Positions 25,299 to 37,127 of a stretch of DNA of 43,163 bases are shown piece after piece. Position 1 is the first letter of the stretch; every line of letters starts with the position of its first letter. The stretch is taken from contig JAUCBJ010002965.1 in the NCBI GenBank assembly GCA_032718475.1, positions 1-43,163 on the forward strand, given 5' to 3'. The DNA is from Nemertoderma westbladi. Lineage: Eukaryota > Animalia > Xenacoelomorpha. The position numbers and the translations under genes were made by a program. Under the pieces are notes generated by a model. The model was not told the origin of the DNA, did no database searches, and saw only the letters and a program-made list of their open reading frames with translations.

Positions 25299-25364
25299 TT
25301 CCTCTTCCTGAAACTCCTCCAAGTCCGGTATTTCTGGTAAATCATCGTCAGACACATCATTGGG
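25263..25364 (-). CDS. IFT43: IFT43 coding exon 2
   Basis: ttttag|CCC...AAG|gtatgt, 102 nt, phase 0/0. PNDVSDDDLPEIPDLEEFQEEELVNQLAVAPSMK contains the IFT43 hallmark DIP.IPDLEE..EED...QVA.PP. Confidence 0.92.
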
Positions 25365-25662
25365 CTAAAACGTAATATATTATTTACTGTGTTGCTATGG
25401 CGACCAACGAGATACCGGAGTTACCTTACACATGAGTCATTCGTATGACTTATAAAGTAAGTTTACAGTCTATAATATAATGTACTTTTACGGATAATTT
25501 GGTTGTGAGCTAAATGTTGAACGGCCATTCCGGACCATAAAACCAAATAATAAATAATAACATTAACTAACAAATCGATTCGATAATAAAATAAAGTCCA
25601 AGCGGTCAGTTTACCTTACAAAATGAAAAAATGTGACAAAATGTGCGAAGTTAAGAACAGAC

Positions 25663-25830
25663 GGGGGGAAGTGTCCGGGGGGGGGGAAGTGTCCGGGGGG
25701 GAAGTGTCTGGGGGGGAAGTGTCCGGGGGGAACTGTCTGGGGGGGATGTGTCCGGGGGGAAGTGTCCTACTTGAGCGGGGGGAACTGTCCGGGGGGGGGG
25801 GGGGGGGAGAGTCCGGGGGGGAAGTGTCCG
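25663..25830. repeat. G-rich minisatellite (G6-14 AAGTGTCC units)
   Basis: About nine G-runs separated by AAGTGTCC or AACTGTCC. Confidence 0.9.
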
Positions 25831-26625
25831 AACACCCTCTATTAGGTAAATCAGCACTGATATTTATTGCGGTACCTAACATGGCTAACTGTAAGTTGAG
25901 CCGAATGTTATTGCTATAAACAAAATGTCCCGCTGCAATACCATCCGGACCTGCATACTCCCCTATGTTTAGGTGTGCTATAGCACAACTTATTTCGGAC
26001 TCATTAACATTAAAATCACTAGAGAAATCAAAATATAACCTATCACTCGGGGCCCAGGTATCTGAGGCCCACGTCGTGTGCGTAAACTACGTTTAAATCT
26101 TGCCTTTAACACTAAATAAATTCTATGTAGTTCTCCCGTGCTTGGAGAACCGGCATTACGCCATTTTTGAAACCAACTACGAGATTACTCTCGTCTGCTC
26201 AGACTGAGTGCCTGATGTAACAGGCATCGAGTCTTTTGCAGTGGATGAAATAATTTCTTAAATTGAGCCCCATTATATTATAGTTATGTTATATGTTATA
26301 TTATGACTGACTAAGCTAAAACCTAATTAAATTAACGTTATTTTCAAGAAAATTTTATTTGGTATCGAATTCGATACAATGGAGAAAAAAAGTTATTTTT
26401 TTATTTCGTTTTCTAACAAATATGCCGATTGCATCAAATTTGATACATATTTAATTTCTTGTGAATCGAAGGCATATAGTGGTGTATTAGTCATTCAGTG
26501 GTTACATTTAGATTACGAGTTATGTTACAACAGGGTTACGGATAAAGTTACAAATTGGTAATGTGTGAGGTTACAATTTGGTTGTTGATTATGACGAGGT
26601 TACCACGTTAACTGTGTCAGAAGTT

Positions 26626-26815
26626 GAGTTACAGTTCGGTCACAAGTGGGTTACAGCTCGGTCATGAGTGTGTTACAGCTCGGTCATGAGTGTGTTACAG
26701 GTCGGTCACAAGTGGGTTACAGCTCGGTCACGAGCGGGTTACAGCTCGGTCACGAGTGGGTTACAGCTCGGTCACGACTCACGAGTGGGTTACAGCTCCA
26801 TCACGAGTGGGTTAC
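26626..26815. repeat. 22-bp tandem repeat (~8 copies)
   Basis: Unit GAGTGGGTTACAGCTCGGTCAC; degenerate GTTAC motifs upstream. Confidence 0.9.
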
Positions 26816-27117
26816 TGAACTAGAGATGATCCTTCTTAATCAGGAATCATGACCTGATTGACCTGCTTTAGTAGACATTTCCTAATGAAATTAAGCATAT
26901 TGTATCTAATTTGATACATGTTATTAAATGATCTTATAATTATTTATTACATGGGAAATCATTATTCTCGAGGCATTTTATTTACCGATCGTCAGCGAGG
27001 TTAATAAAGGGTCGAGAGCTTAACTACATAAACCACTATCGGATATTGAGTTCCGTTGTGTAGTACAGCTAGCAGACACTAAAATTGCAATAACTTTTAG
27101 GCCTAAGTGTTACTTAA

Positions 27118-27540
27118 CATTTTCGCCGGGAAAAAAAGTAAAACTTTTTTCTCCCGATTTTGGGGTATATACGAGCGAAAAAGTAACAATTAAGAATAAA
27201 ATATTTTTATTTACAGGTTTTCTGCAATTTTTGAACAACAAATTTGTTTTTTGGCTATTCTTAATTACGAAAATTTTTGTTTTCGAGTGACACATTAATT
27301 TATATACAAGTAATTAATATTTAAAAATTTTGAAATATGACATAATAGTAAAACGAAACCTTCTTATATACAATTGTAATAGTTACATAACTTGATGGTA
27401 GGTGGCGCTACAGTATATCAAACGAAACCCCAATAAGTATAGAATACGATACAACGGGCCACTATTATTGAAACTGATTTGAGTTAAAATTATGTCCACT
27501 TAAATAACATTCGTAATTCGATACATACGGCGGTAAAGGG
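27118..27540. mobile_element. Possible TTAA-flanked (piggyBac-like) MITE in IFT43 intron 1
   Basis: TTAA|CATTTTCGCCGG ... CGGCGGTAAAGGG|TTAA, imperfect TIR. Confidence 0.35.
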
Positions 27541-27739
27541 TTAAACATTACCGGGGCGATAAAACTACAGCACCCACAACGTATTGAGTAATGGATCACT
27601 GCGACGCCATTAAGTCGGCTTGTTACTACCTAAGCGCATATAATAAACAATAAAAGTTATCCAAAACAGTATGAATGTCGATAGACCTACTGTACCGGCA
27701 ATAGGGGTATTCCGTAAACAGGCCACAACAAATACTTAC

Positions 27740-28084
27740 AATATGATCGAGCGGGCCTTTATCAATAAAGCCGGTATCGGAGCGCCTCGATACGCTCTCC
27801 TCCCCCCATCCGCAATGCCGTTCCTTCGCCCCCACTCCTACAGCTCGGCGTCCAGACGTGGGGGCCGCGTCCGGGAGGTACTGCGTCTTCTCGCGGTTGG
27901 TAAACACCTCCGCCGAGCCACGCAACCTCCCCGCGGCTACGTGGTCCCCGGAATCGTTGGGAGTTTCTCTTTCGTCCCCGGATTCCTTCCGTTGCGCGGC
28001 TCTTCTTCCGGATTTAATTTCTCTCTTCCGGTGGCGGTTCTGTGGAGGAATTATTCCGTCGTCATCCCAACCGCAATCATCCAT
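27740..28084 (-). CDS. IFT43: IFT43 coding exon 1
   Basis: ATG at 28084; KSGRRAAQ and CGWGEES correspond to the IFT43 N-terminal GRRA and GW motifs; ATT|gtaagt donor, phase 0. The spliced product is 224 aa. Confidence 0.82.
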
Positions 28085-29122
28085 CACTGGAGTTTCAGCT
28101 TTACATACAGTGCAGATTGCTGCAGTGCGGGGTTGGTCCCAGGGTCCAGTCCAGACAGAAGCAGATGTAAGGAATTTATTTATAATTATCTCTGTTTTGG
28201 TTGGCCTGCGCTGCGGCTGCGCCTTTTTCGAATACGGGCTGTAAGATGTAGGTACCGGTATCAGTAGATACTAATGTACTGTAGGTCCCGGAGCACAACA
28301 GTCTACTGCTGTACTGAGTAAAACAAACGCAATAGGCCTACCTCAGTACCGGTACCATGGAAACTTTCAGAGGTTTAGAACTGCTGAATTGGCATACTGC
28401 ATGTTGTTTGGGATGTTGCCAGGCACCAGCAACATGTGCATGTGGGGCGAGCCACGACCACGAAGGCGCGGCGGTTGGCAGAGCCGTAGCGAACTGCAGC
28501 TGATAATGTTAGGGGGTGTGTCAATATTTGTAAATTAATGTTGTTGTCGTCGTTGTTGTCATTACGAATTTGACATGCTAATAACTTTGTTGGATTTAAA
28601 GCTGTCCAGTTGAAAATTTGTAGGCCTTAGTTCAACAGTCTCCCGCTAAAAGGCTACATTTCGAAACATTAAATTCCCTCCAATTTCTTTGCCTTTAATC
28701 CGACAAGCAGACAGTTGTACCAGAGCATCAGCTGTGTTATTTATTAAAGGGGGCTAATCTTTCTGCAATTCTGTACTCTGCTAATGATGGCGAAATGTCT
28801 GAAAGTGCGTTGACCCATTCTATTCCGTTATTTATGGTACGTCCAGTGCTTGATCACGGGTACTGCTGTGGGGAAATCCGGGATGAGGGTTTGACTTCGA
28901 GAACTGGGTAGTTCAGGCAATAACTGGGTTGATGTTTGCCACATGACGTAGGAATCACTGGTAATTTTATAAACATCAAAAAGAAAAAAAGCTGGCATTA
29001 TTTAGAGACGTTTAAACACGATTAGTTCAAAAGTCTTCCACTAGAGGGCTACATGTCTATACATTAACTGTCCTCCCATTCCCATTTTTTTGCTTTTAAT
29101 CCGTCTAAGCTGAAACAAAATA

Positions 29123-29725
29123 CAAAATATACAATAAAATGATTCTATATAGGATTAGGCCTCACATAGAGAAACTACTGCGTAAGAGCCAAAACGGATT
29201 TCGACCAAATAGATCAACAGTAGCTCAGATACTTGCACTACGGAGACTGATTGAAGGAATTAAGTCAAAGAATCTCCCCGCAGTCATGACTTTTGTGGAT
29301 TTCAAGAAGGTATTCGACTCCATCCATAGAGGTAAAATGCTTGAAATCCTAAGAGCTTATGGAATACCAGAAGTAATTGTTGCTGGCATTGGATTGTTAT
29401 ATTGTGACACATAAGCGCAGGTACTTTCACCAGGATGGTGAAACTGAGTTTTCCTCAATCCTGGCTGGCGTACTGCAAGGTGACACATTAGCACCATTAC
29501 TATTTGTAATTGTGCTGGATTACGCAATGAGGACAGCCACAAAGGAAAGGGTGAAGGTCTGGGATTCACACTTCAAGAACGCAGAAGTAGTAGATATCTG
29601 GCAACTGCAGTCACAGACACCGACTTTGCGGATGACATCGCCCTTCTCTCTAATACGTTAGCAGATGCACAGCTTCTACTAAATAAAGTGGAGAGGGCTG
29701 CTAAGGAGGTTGGATTGCATATGAA
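29123..29725 (+). mobile_element. Internal RTE-clade RT fragment (decayed)
   Basis: QNGFRPNRST..QI, FVDFKKVFDSIHR, GVLQGDTLAP, DFADDIAL; in-frame stop and frameshift. Confidence 0.9.
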
Positions 29726-29870
29726 ATGCTACCAAAGACCGACCACCACAAACCTATGTAGCCCTGCCTGTGTACCCTCCCTCGGTCAGGCACCCATCGT
29801 TGCACAGATCCATGTTGCCGATAACATTCTAATAATGAATGGGAGAATCTTTTAGGCTCAATAAGCCAAG

Positions 29871-30688
29871 GAATGTCTGTTCACCACCATGGGTGATCTT
29901 CCACAGTAAACCCTTCAACTCTGTTTCCTAAAGGAGTGCCTGTTCACCATCATGGGTGATCTTCCACAGTAAACCCTTCCACTCTGTTTCCTAAAGGAAT
30001 GCCTGTTCCCCACCATGGGTGATCTTCCACAGTGAACCCTTCCACTCTGTTTCCTAAAGGAGTGCCTGTTCACCATCATGGGTGATCTTCCACAGTAAAC
30101 CCTTCCACTCTGTTTCCTAAAGGAGTGCCTGATCACCATCATGGGTGATCTTCCACAGTAAACCCCTCCACTCTGTTTCCTAAAGGAATGCCTGTTCACC
30201 ACCATGGGTGATCTTCCACAGTAAACCATTCCAATCTGTTTCCTAAAGGAGTGCCTGTTCACCTCCATGGGTTATCTTATCTTCCACAGTAAACCCTTCC
30301 ACTCGGTTTCCTAAATGAATGCCTGTTTACCACCATGGGTGATCTTCCACAGTAAACCATTCCACTCGGTTTCCTAAATGAATGCCTGTTTACCACCATG
30401 GGTGATCTTCCACAGTAAACCATTCCACTCGGTTTCCTAAATGAATGCCTGTTTACCACCATGGGTGATCTTCCACAGTAAACCATTCCACTCGGTTTCC
30501 TAAATGAATGCCTGTTTACCACCATGGGTGATCTTCCACAGTAAACCATTCCACTCGGTTTCCTAAATGAATGCCTGTTCACCACCATGGGTGATCTTCC
30601 ACAGTAAACCCTTCCACTCTGTTTCATAAAGGAATGCCTGTTTACCACCATGGGTGATCTTCCACAGTAAACCATTCCACTCGGTTTC
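29871..30688. repeat. 63-bp tandem repeat (~13 copies)
   Basis: Unit GAATGCCTGTTCACCACCATGGGTGATCTTCCACAGTAAACCCTTCCACTCTGTTTCCTAAAG; two sub-blocks separated by a break near 30270. Confidence 0.95.
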
Positions 30689-32681
30689 CCAAGTTGCCTT
30701 GGTTCCCATTTATCGACCACTGAAGGATGAAAGCCAGGGTTTGGATAGGCTGCACAGCATTTAAAGCACCCTGCCCGTCGAACTAGGGCTTAATAATTAG
30801 AAGCCCAGGAATGTCACTGCTTGGTCTATGTGGTTTAACATTCTAAGAATAACAACAAAGTAAATTGTATTGTCATTTAATAGTAATGACTTAGTATTCA
30901 AATATTGAATATCAACAACACGTACTCAAGTAAATTTTACAAATTAATAGCTACATTTATTAATTAAACTAACTAACTAACTTACAAGTAGGTTAAAACT
31001 GAAAGTTGTCGACTCAACATTGAATTACACGTTTGCAGAGATAGTAGCCTAATATAGAGAATTACCCAATATCCAGGCATACAACCCTTACTTCCAATGG
31101 AAAGATAGAAACAAAAGCACCAAGAAGAATTCAATTACAACAAATATTCTAGACAGGAGACAGCACCACTATTATTTAAAATATTAACAATTAAATTAGT
31201 CGGTGGGTTATTTTGCAAATATGTCTAAACTCTAACTTTTGTTATTAGTGCATAAAATGAACACTGAAATGTAAGTGGACAAACTGTCTACCATAAAATA
31301 ACATATGAAATACCGAACAAACAGGTTGATTGGTGGGTAAACTGTGAATAATTATTAAATAATTAAATAATAATTATTACTAAATAGATTAATAAATATT
31401 TAATAAACTATAGTAAGTAACTAATTATAAACTGGAGCACTAGTGGTGGGAAACTTTAACCCTATCTGGCCCGGGATATTTTTACTAGGTAATTGGCTCA
31501 GGAGGGAGGAGGGGGATACAATTTTGAAGATAAGGAATTTGAGGTCGCTGATCACGATAAAACTATATATACCCATAATGTCATATAATCAGGTTGACAT
31601 GGGACTGATTTTTCACTATCAAATTGTGGTGTTTGAGTTTGAGTGGGTGTTAGACAACTCTTCGATTTATCACTCCCAGTCGCTTCAAAATTACATGAAA
31701 GTTTTTTTATATGATAGATCAGACGAAATGTTGAGTCTGCACCGCTAGGTGGCGCTGCAAATTTATGCTAAATTTTTAGGTTTGTTATAAATAGTATTAA
31801 ATTTTATTAACGAAATTTTCAAAAAGTTGTCTGATACTTTTATGCAGGATGGCTATGTAGACACCCATAGAAATTTTCAAATCAATTATTGCTAAAAAAT
31901 TGTTGAAGTAGTAGGGTTTTGAAGTTGACAATTTCATAAAAAAAATATTTGGAGATAATCGACTTTTCATAATGCATAGTATAGTAATTTCAATAGGTCT
32001 CCCTAAATTGAAATTGTTAGTCCTATAACATGAAAACTAAAAGAGCTATTAAATAGCGGTTCAGATTTGGAAACACCATTTAATTGTGCATTATAACAGA
32101 TCATAAAACTAATTTCGACATATTTTGAACCAAAATGGTGCCCCCCCCCCTTAACGGCTTCTGATTCAGTTTAATTAATTGTTTAGCGCTGTAAACTCTA
32201 CATTAGTTCGCTATTGAAATTACAGCTGATATACAGTATTGTTAAAAGTTAAGCGCTACATAATTATTACTCGAAGCAGAAGTTATTAATAAATAATATG
32301 GCATAAAGTCCATTTATAAATAAATAATTATTTGAAAGATTAAGTATAATATATACACTAAAATTTACTGCAGTAACACAGATATATTCCGTATACAAAT
32401 ATAAATAGCGAATGATTAATTACATTTATTATTTAATATTTATTGGTTTTAGAAAAGCGTTTTGGCTTTTGTGTTTTGAGAAATAAAAATTTTTAAATGA
32501 TTATATGTGTATGATTAAAAAAAAATACATTAAGCTAATTAAAAAATTATGGGCTTATAGCCCCTAAATCAATAAAAAACCTCTGTTGCCGAATAATATA
32601 AAATGATTGGCGGTTAACAATCGGTAAGCACAACAATTATTGGAAGATAAATAATAAAATAAATGTTTAGCGAAAATATTA

Positions 32682-33530
32682 TCAGACTGCGATCCCCGAG
32701 TATTTGCTGATTGGAATAGAATACTTTTCTCCCGGGTTGAGGCCGTAATGCAGTGTCCCTTGTGCGACATACGCCCACGGCATTCTCTTAGCGGTGAACG
32801 CAACCCCAATCTCACGCTCGCCGGTGCTAATAGCAACAGCGCCACCACCCCCGTGGCACACTCGCTCCTCCATTTTAGATATGGCTTTCTTAATCGCGTC
32901 AATTGGGTAAAAATCCATCTTGATTAAATCTAAAATCCGTTTCGACAAAAGAAACTTGGAGACTAAATCTCCTTGCCCTATTGCTGAGCAACCGCCTATG
33001 TCGTTGTCTGCGTATACTGCCCCACCCGGGAGCAGTCGTCCAGACAACGAATCGCTCGAAGCAGCCGATGCCACATCGCCTTTAGTATCCATGGCGACAC
33101 ATCCCACCGAGTAGGCGGATTGCCCCCCTGCCCGATGGGCTACTCCCATGGACCGAGCGAAATGTTCAGCCGCCTCCCCCGAAAGAAACGAGTGCGGCTG
33201 ACTGGAGTCCCGAACTAGACGGGCGAGAGACACGGGATTACGGACACCGGAGACGGCTGAAACCGCACCCAGACTGAGATCACAACCCTCCATAACGATG
33301 GCTTCTAATCCGCCGGAATTAGGCCTACCGCTACCGCCATCCCGGGTCTGGGTTCCACCCTCCAGACTGCTAACCACCCTCTCCACAGCGTCCACCGCCG
33401 GTGCCCCCCCAACCAGTAAGTTATACGCGGTCACTACTGTATCTTTGACAGCGCTCAGAGCGGTCTCCGGAACGGTATCAGTGCTGTCCCAGCAGGGTGT
33501 CGCGTGGGCAACGATCAATGGGAGTTTCAT
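32682..33530 (-). CDS. Isoaspartyl peptidase/L-asparaginase (ASRGL1-like, Ntn-hydrolase) with degenerate active site; intronless CDS
   Basis: AVDAVE, MEGCDLSLGAVSAV...NPVSLARLV, SVGCVAMDTKGDVA, YADNDIG, MPWA...LHYG are collinear with ASRGL1 over the full length. Confidence 0.88.
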   Translation of the reverse strand: MKLPLIVAHATPCWDSTDTVPETALSAVKDTVVTAYNLLVGGAPAVDAVERVVSSLEGGTQTRDGGSGRPNSGGLEAIVMEGCDLSLGAVSAVSGVRNPVSLARLVRDSSQPHSFLSGEAAEHFARSMGVAHRAGGQSAYSVGCVAMDTKGDVASAASSDSLSGRLLPGGAVYADNDIGGCSAIGQGDLVSKFLLSKRILDLIKMDFYPIDAIKKAISKMEERVCHGGGGAVAISTGEREIGVAFTAKRMPWAYVAQGTLHYGLNPGEKYSIPISKYSGIAV

Positions 33531-35610
33531 TGCTAATAGTTTTTAGGCCTAGACCAGTAGAGGGCTACTAAGCTAAGCTACAGTATGATACTACAGTAAC
33601 CACTCTGCCGCACTGTCTGCCTGTTGTGGTGCAGCGCTAACTATTCGGGTACTTACTATTACTAAACAGCTAAAAGGGTTAAACTAAAACTCCGCTGTAT
33701 TCGTAAAGTATGCATATAATTAGCTATCGTATTTAACTATCGTATTTGGATTAATCGTATACAAGGACAGCTCTACTAAGATATTTAAATGTATCAACAA
33801 TTTATACATGGTTCACCATACAAATTATATGACGCAAAGTGACCATACTGGACTTAGATATCAAATATGTACAGATAGCAAGCCCTTCTGGCGCCCATGG
33901 GAATGAAGCTGAGATGGCGACCCCCCCCCCCCCCCCCCTTCAATAATTTTAACTTTTCTTTTATGGCGTTGTTTTCTTAAATATTATATATCTAACAGTA
34001 CTGCATAACTACTGTATATCAAATCTATTTTACAGGATAGTAGGCCTATGTCATATCTGAAACAATCTGAACCTAATCTGAACCCAATCTCGAGAATTAT
34101 ACCAAAATATGAACCCAATCTGATTCAAAAATAGAAAGAGGGGTGAAAATTATTAATTTTTGCATTAACAATTTTGAAATTTGAAGAAATTTTACATATC
34201 TTTTTTCATATTTAAATTTACGGGGAGCCGCAGCACTACTGCTGTTATTGTACTGCTGTGCAGTCAATTCATATAATTACACAAGTTTGATTTGATATAC
34301 CATAGTGCACTTATTATAATATAAAGAATGGCGGGCGAAGCGAGCAGGTAAAATTTTTCCACATTACTGTATCATAATCCCTGAATTTTCACTGATTTGT
34401 CCGATTTTTAAAATAATTCCCTGACATTTCAGCGCCCCTTGGTGAGTGCGCCCGGGGAATGCCCCCCCCCCCCCCCCTCCCCCGTATGTATACAAGTATT
34501 TAGTTTTGTTTTTTATTAAAAATCATCGAATTTTAATTTGCAAAAAGAACAGCTAGCTACGCGTATATTAATGTTTGAAAACCTCGTATAGAATTCGATA
34601 ATACCCTATATCCCCAATATACAAAATAAGATGTTAAAAATAACTTGAGATGAGATTGCAGGGAGTAAAGCGACAGTTGAGTAATATAATTTAAGGATCC
34701 CCTTATTAAGGGAATCCTAATGCATGATTAATTAAGGGTAAAGTAACCAATCATAATTGAGGTTAAAGAACCAATTATAACCAAATTTAAGGAAGTACTT
34801 CACTTGTAGGCTGTAACAGGAGCAGCGCATGAAAACGTATTGATTCAAACAATAGGCCACCGGTTGTTCAAATCTCCCTGAAAGTTAAGGGGCCCTTATC
34901 TTAAAGGGTTACAACTCTAAATGCCCATTTAAATATATTTCCAGTTGCTCAAAGCTTAAATGTACATTTAAATTTATCAAGTTAAGGGAAAACTTAAGTT
35001 TTGAGAAATATGTTATATATATATGTTATACGTTTTTAGACCGTTGAGTTTATTTCAATAAGATTTTTTTCAAAGGTTAACGGTAAGGGACTTCTTAACA
35101 ATATCAGTTTTATGGGGCCTCTAGTACTAGTATGATATCCCCAAATAAAACGAATTAGGCTGTTCGGCATAACTTCAGCTTGTGCAGAGCAGCACAGCAG
35201 GTTCACAATATCCATACGGATATACGCACGATATACAGTAGGCCCTACTGTAGGTTAGGTGTTACCAGACTGGTGGTAGAGTAGCCATAAACTGCAATAC
35301 AATGATAACACTATTAGCATACCTTTGTACTAGACTTTGAGCTACCGTTACAATAATACGTTCCAGGGTTTACTTTCAGTTTCCAATCAAAATCAAATCA
35401 ATCAAAAACAACAAATTAATAAAATTACTGAATATTACTGAATATGGCTATACTGTAACTTATACCTTTATATATATTCACGTACATGAAAAGTTAAAAT
35501 CCTTATTAAATTATTGTGTTGGAGATAACCTCATGAGTTATTAAACTCGTTTCCTCGCGGCAGGCAGACCTTAAATATATTGTCCAATGAAATTAATTGA
35601 ATTCGCTTTA

Positions 35611-36055
35611 TTACTACTACTAGGTCGAGCGAACTCGTACAGTGGAAATGAGATCTTTCCAGGCTTCCCGATTCTCCATAGTTGTCGCAATTTCGTTTCT
35701 CCCAAGTTCAGTATCCCTTTCCTTTCAAGTTGATCTATATATGTTATGGCCGGTGCCGTCCACAACTACGCTTTCCATGAGTTGGTTGCCAGAAAAGTAG
35801 ATCTGGTATGATCTCGGCTTTACTTCTCCAGCAGTGCCCACTGAATCTTAATATGCGTTCACGGAGGGTGGTTGATACGGGTGGTGTTGTACCATAAAGC
35901 TCGGCGTTTGTCATGTGTTGTCTCCAGCTGATGTTTAGGGCTGCCCTTAGTAGTCTTGTGTAGCAACCATCAATTCTTTGTTCAAGTGATTTAGTCAGTA
36001 TCCAGGTCTCACCCCCGTATAAAAATACACTTTCCACTGTGGCTCGAAAGAACTT
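35611..36055 (-). mobile_element. RTE-clade LINE 3' fragment with (TAG)n tail
   Basis: KFFRATVESVFLYGGETW, IDGCYTRLLR.ALNISW, LRFSGHCWRS; tail tactactacta on +. Confidence 0.88.
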
Positions 36056-36443
36056 ACCCTGTTGAAAATTAATACTATATTTGTTAAGTTACTGCCTAGT
36101 CGGCCCTCTATTTTCTACTAAGAATTTAGCAAGTACTTTGGAATTTTTACAAGCAATTAAACAGTACTTAGCAAATTTGAGAGTTTGTAACGTTCACTTG
36201 GTACGGTTAGCAAGCCCAATATAAGTACTTCGTAAGTCTTCCAAGTTTATAGCAAGCACTTGATAAGTTTCACTGGATCATTCCATGCACTTATTAGGTT
36301 TTCCAAGTTTATAGCAAGTACTTGATAAATTTCACTTGCCCATTACATGCACTTATTAGGTTTTCCAAGTTTACAGCAAGTTTTATCAAGGCCATAAACA
36401 AGTACTTACTATGTCTCCCAAGTTCGGATGCCACATTTCACCC

Positions 36444-36885
36444 TTTGACAGGCTCATTATTAACAGAAAACATTAAATGATTATAACCTCATCGCAGTCA
36501 AATGCTTCTAAACATTTAAATGTTTTTCACCCAGGTGAAAAACATTTTTCACCCGGGTGAAAAAAAGTTTAGCACACGCGTGAAAAACATTTATCACCCG
36601 GGTGAAAAACATTTTTCACCCGAGTGAAAAACATTTAAATGTTTAAACGCATTTGACTGCTATGAGGTTATAATCATTTAATGTTTTCTGTTAATAATGA
36701 GCCTGTCAAAAATTGTAGTTACTACAGTAGAAACTGCAGGCATTGCTGTTACTGTTAGTCACTGTGATAATAATGTTTTTCACCTGGGTGATAAATGTTT
36801 TTCACCCGGGTGATAAATGTTTTTCACCCGGGTGATAAATGTTTTCACCCGGGTGAAAAAGGTTTTTCACCCGGGTGATAAACAT
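36444..36885. repeat. 267-bp near-perfect palindrome (36444-36710) plus ~22-bp palindromic tandem units
   Basis: Arms TTTGACAGGCTCATTATTAACAG... / ...CTGTTAATAATGAGCCTGTCAAA; TTTTCACCCGGGTGAAAA units in the core and again at 36775-36885. Confidence 0.92.
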
Positions 36886-37127
36886 ATTAAAAAATGCAAA
36901 TGATTGGCCGCAATCAGCCACCGTAACAATAGTATATTATTTCAACAAAACATTACCGGTAATGAATAAGAACAAGAACAAAATAATGAATCGCTGTTCA
37001 AGCAATAATAATATCCAACATAATAATTATATTTGTACAAAACATGAAGATCACAACATGAAAAGATTACAACAATAAACATATGAGAACAAATAACATA
37101 CAATAACATATGGGAACTCTGATTATT

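Noticed and set aside
25616-25919. Gly/Pro-rich ORFs
   Set aside because: Translations of the G-run minisatellite.
27671-28267. Plus-strand 198-aa and 128-aa ORFs
   Set aside because: Antisense shadows of the GC-rich IFT43 exon 1.
28780-28965. Additional exon or RT remnant (VRPVLDHG)
   Set aside because: No frame gives a convincing match; too degenerate to call.
29915-30720. Two ORFs with 21-aa repeats
   Set aside because: Translation of the 63-bp tandem array; no independent coding evidence.
31457-35100. Several MITE-like ends (TTAACCCTAT..., poly-C/poly-G, TTAAGGG motifs) around the ASRGL1-like gene
   Set aside because: Probably TE relics, but paired termini could not be defined.
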